A stretch of 64,000 nt of DNA, taken from positions 7,936,001 through 8,000,000 of the forward strand of contig CM000151.3 in assembly GCA_000004695.1 (NCBI GenBank), given 5' to 3'. The stretch comes from Dictyostelium discoideum. Its lineage: Eukaryota. Positions 62,660 through 64,000 of this stretch are shown here, piece after piece (within the stretch, counting starts at the first letter, position 1; every line of letters starts with the position of its first letter). The notes beneath the pieces are model-generated. The model was not told the origin of the DNA. It worked only from the letters and a program-made list of their open reading frames with translations, and did not search any database. The position numbers were made by a program, and so were the translations under genes.

Positions 62660-63988
62660 ATGCCAATATCAATTGAATGTATATTAGAATCTGCAGTTTT
62701 TTTTCCAGGTGATACAATATTTTGTAGAATATTTATTTCAAATTTAGGAGGATTTAATAACAATGATATTGAAAATGTTACAAGTAGTAAACAAACTCAA
62801 AGAGAACAATCTATATCATGGATAACAGCACAAGTTTATGGTAATTTAATGGTAGAATCTTCATTTATTAAATTAAATTCTTCAAATAAATCAAATAAAA
62901 ATAAAACTAAACAGCAACAACAACCACAACCACAACAATCATCTTCACAAGAAAATAAAAATAATCAACAGCAACCACAACAACAACCACAACAACAGCA
63001 ACAACAACAACAACAACAATTCAAATTAAACCCAAAACAATCATTAACTAGTGGTAAAAAATTTACAGCTGGTGTTTCTAGTGCCACATCATTACCAAAT
63101 TTATCAGAAATTGGAGAAAATGGCAAACCAATATTTACTTCACCAACAACTTTTTTAGCATCAGAATTATATATACCACCTGGTCAAACTAAATCTTGTA
63201 TGTTATTTATTTATTATAATTTTCATGATGATAATAATTAGTAGATTTATTACTAATAATAATAATATATATATCATTTAGTTATTTATTATTTAACATT
63301 ACCATCACCATTACCACCATCATTTAAAGGAACAAGTTTAAAATATAGTTATTTTTTATCAATTGCATCACAAGTTTATACGAATCCAGCACAAATTTTA
63401 ACAGTACCAATTAGGATATTAACACCAGCATCAGCGTTAAGATCAATTAAATTTAAGAGTAATATGATGTTTGATTTTGAAGAAGGATCAGCAGAAACTA
63501 CTCAAGAATATAGTAGAAATAATTTAGAGGTAGTTTCGAAATGGCCCATTTCACCATTCAAGAAATCCCAATACTTTCCATTACCTTATCCACAAAATCT
63601 ATCACAATATGATTCAAACAATACAAAGAAATCTGTAATTGATATTCTAAATAAACATTCAACACCAGTTTCAATCGTAATTTCAAAGGGTACTGATAAA
63701 TTGGCAACTTTTTCAATTTGTAAAACAGCTTTTAGTTTAGGTGATTCAGTTCATGGTACTTTTGATTTCTCAATTGCAACCATACCATGTTTTAAAATCC
63801 TAATTAAATTGGAATGTGAAGAAATCATTGACTCTAAATATCTTCAATCAACTCGTGGTTCAAATAAACCAATTAGAAAATTATATGGTGAACTTCATGA
63901 ATTCACCACTAATTTAAGACAAACTCATTTTATTTTTCATATACCTGTTGAAGCTTCTCCTGAATTTTCTACAAAATATGGTTTGTAA
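62660..63988 (+). CDS. RGP1 (retrograde Golgi transport protein / Rab6 GEF subunit) homolog, at least two exons
   Basis: Exons are 62660..63197 and 63282..63988, with a phase-1 intron (GTATGT...ATTTAG). ILESAVFFPGDTIFCRIFISN, SWITAQVYGNLMVES, PPGQTKS-FIYYLTLPSPLPPSFKGTSLKYSYFL and ATFSICKTAFSLGDSVHGTFDF align with human RGP1. A poly-Q insert is present. The TAA at 63986 may be a real stop, or a GTAATT donor may continue the gene beyond the window. Confidence 0.7.
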
Positions 63989-64000
63989 TTTTATTTTAAA

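Overview
Extremely AT-rich (~78%) eukaryotic nuclear DNA. Its hallmarks are (AAT)n/(CAA)n tracts encoding poly-N/poly-Q, short AT-rich GT..AG introns of about 70-160 bp, FNIP repeats, and a tRNA gene with a downstream external B box. These point to Dictyostelium discoideum or a close dictyostelid. The ORF track calls TTG/GTG codons as 'M', so several track starts are not real ATGs and were corrected by hand. The window is gene-dense, with about 27 protein-coding genes, most of them with one to three introns that I reconstructed from splice consensus, reading phase and homology. Recognisable genes are: tRNA-Thr(AGU); an FNIP-repeat protein; a microbial-type terpene synthase; an SLBP (histone RNA hairpin-binding) homolog; a Ras domain that is circularly permuted (order G3-G4-G5-G1-G2) and fused to a zinc-ribbon plus VWA domain; a PHO80-type cyclin; a large type-I membrane glycoprotein; a PAK/STE20-family kinase; two tandem intronless LUD/LutC-like bacterial-type paralogs; a BTP/histone-fold (TAF-like) protein; a protein with two homeodomain-like motifs preceded by a long repeat-rich N-terminal region; a SAPS-like protein; WDR48/UAF1; DYRK1; regucalcin/SMP30; Cgi121/TPRKB; PI4KIII-alpha (about 2460 aa); an HSP20 small heat-shock protein; and RGP1. 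Non-genic features include a 100-N assembly gap, many microsatellites, a GT-rich 18-bp minisatellite, a ~200-bp tandem repeat block and a perfect 17-bp palindrome. The observations most worth a second look are the permuted Ras-VWA gene, the GC-richer LutC-like pair as a possible horizontal transfer, and two apparent frameshifts (an 8-bp tandem duplication in the homeodomain gene and a 1-nt shift in the Cgi121 ortholog). Also notable are the intronless terpene synthase and the external B box downstream of the tRNA gene.
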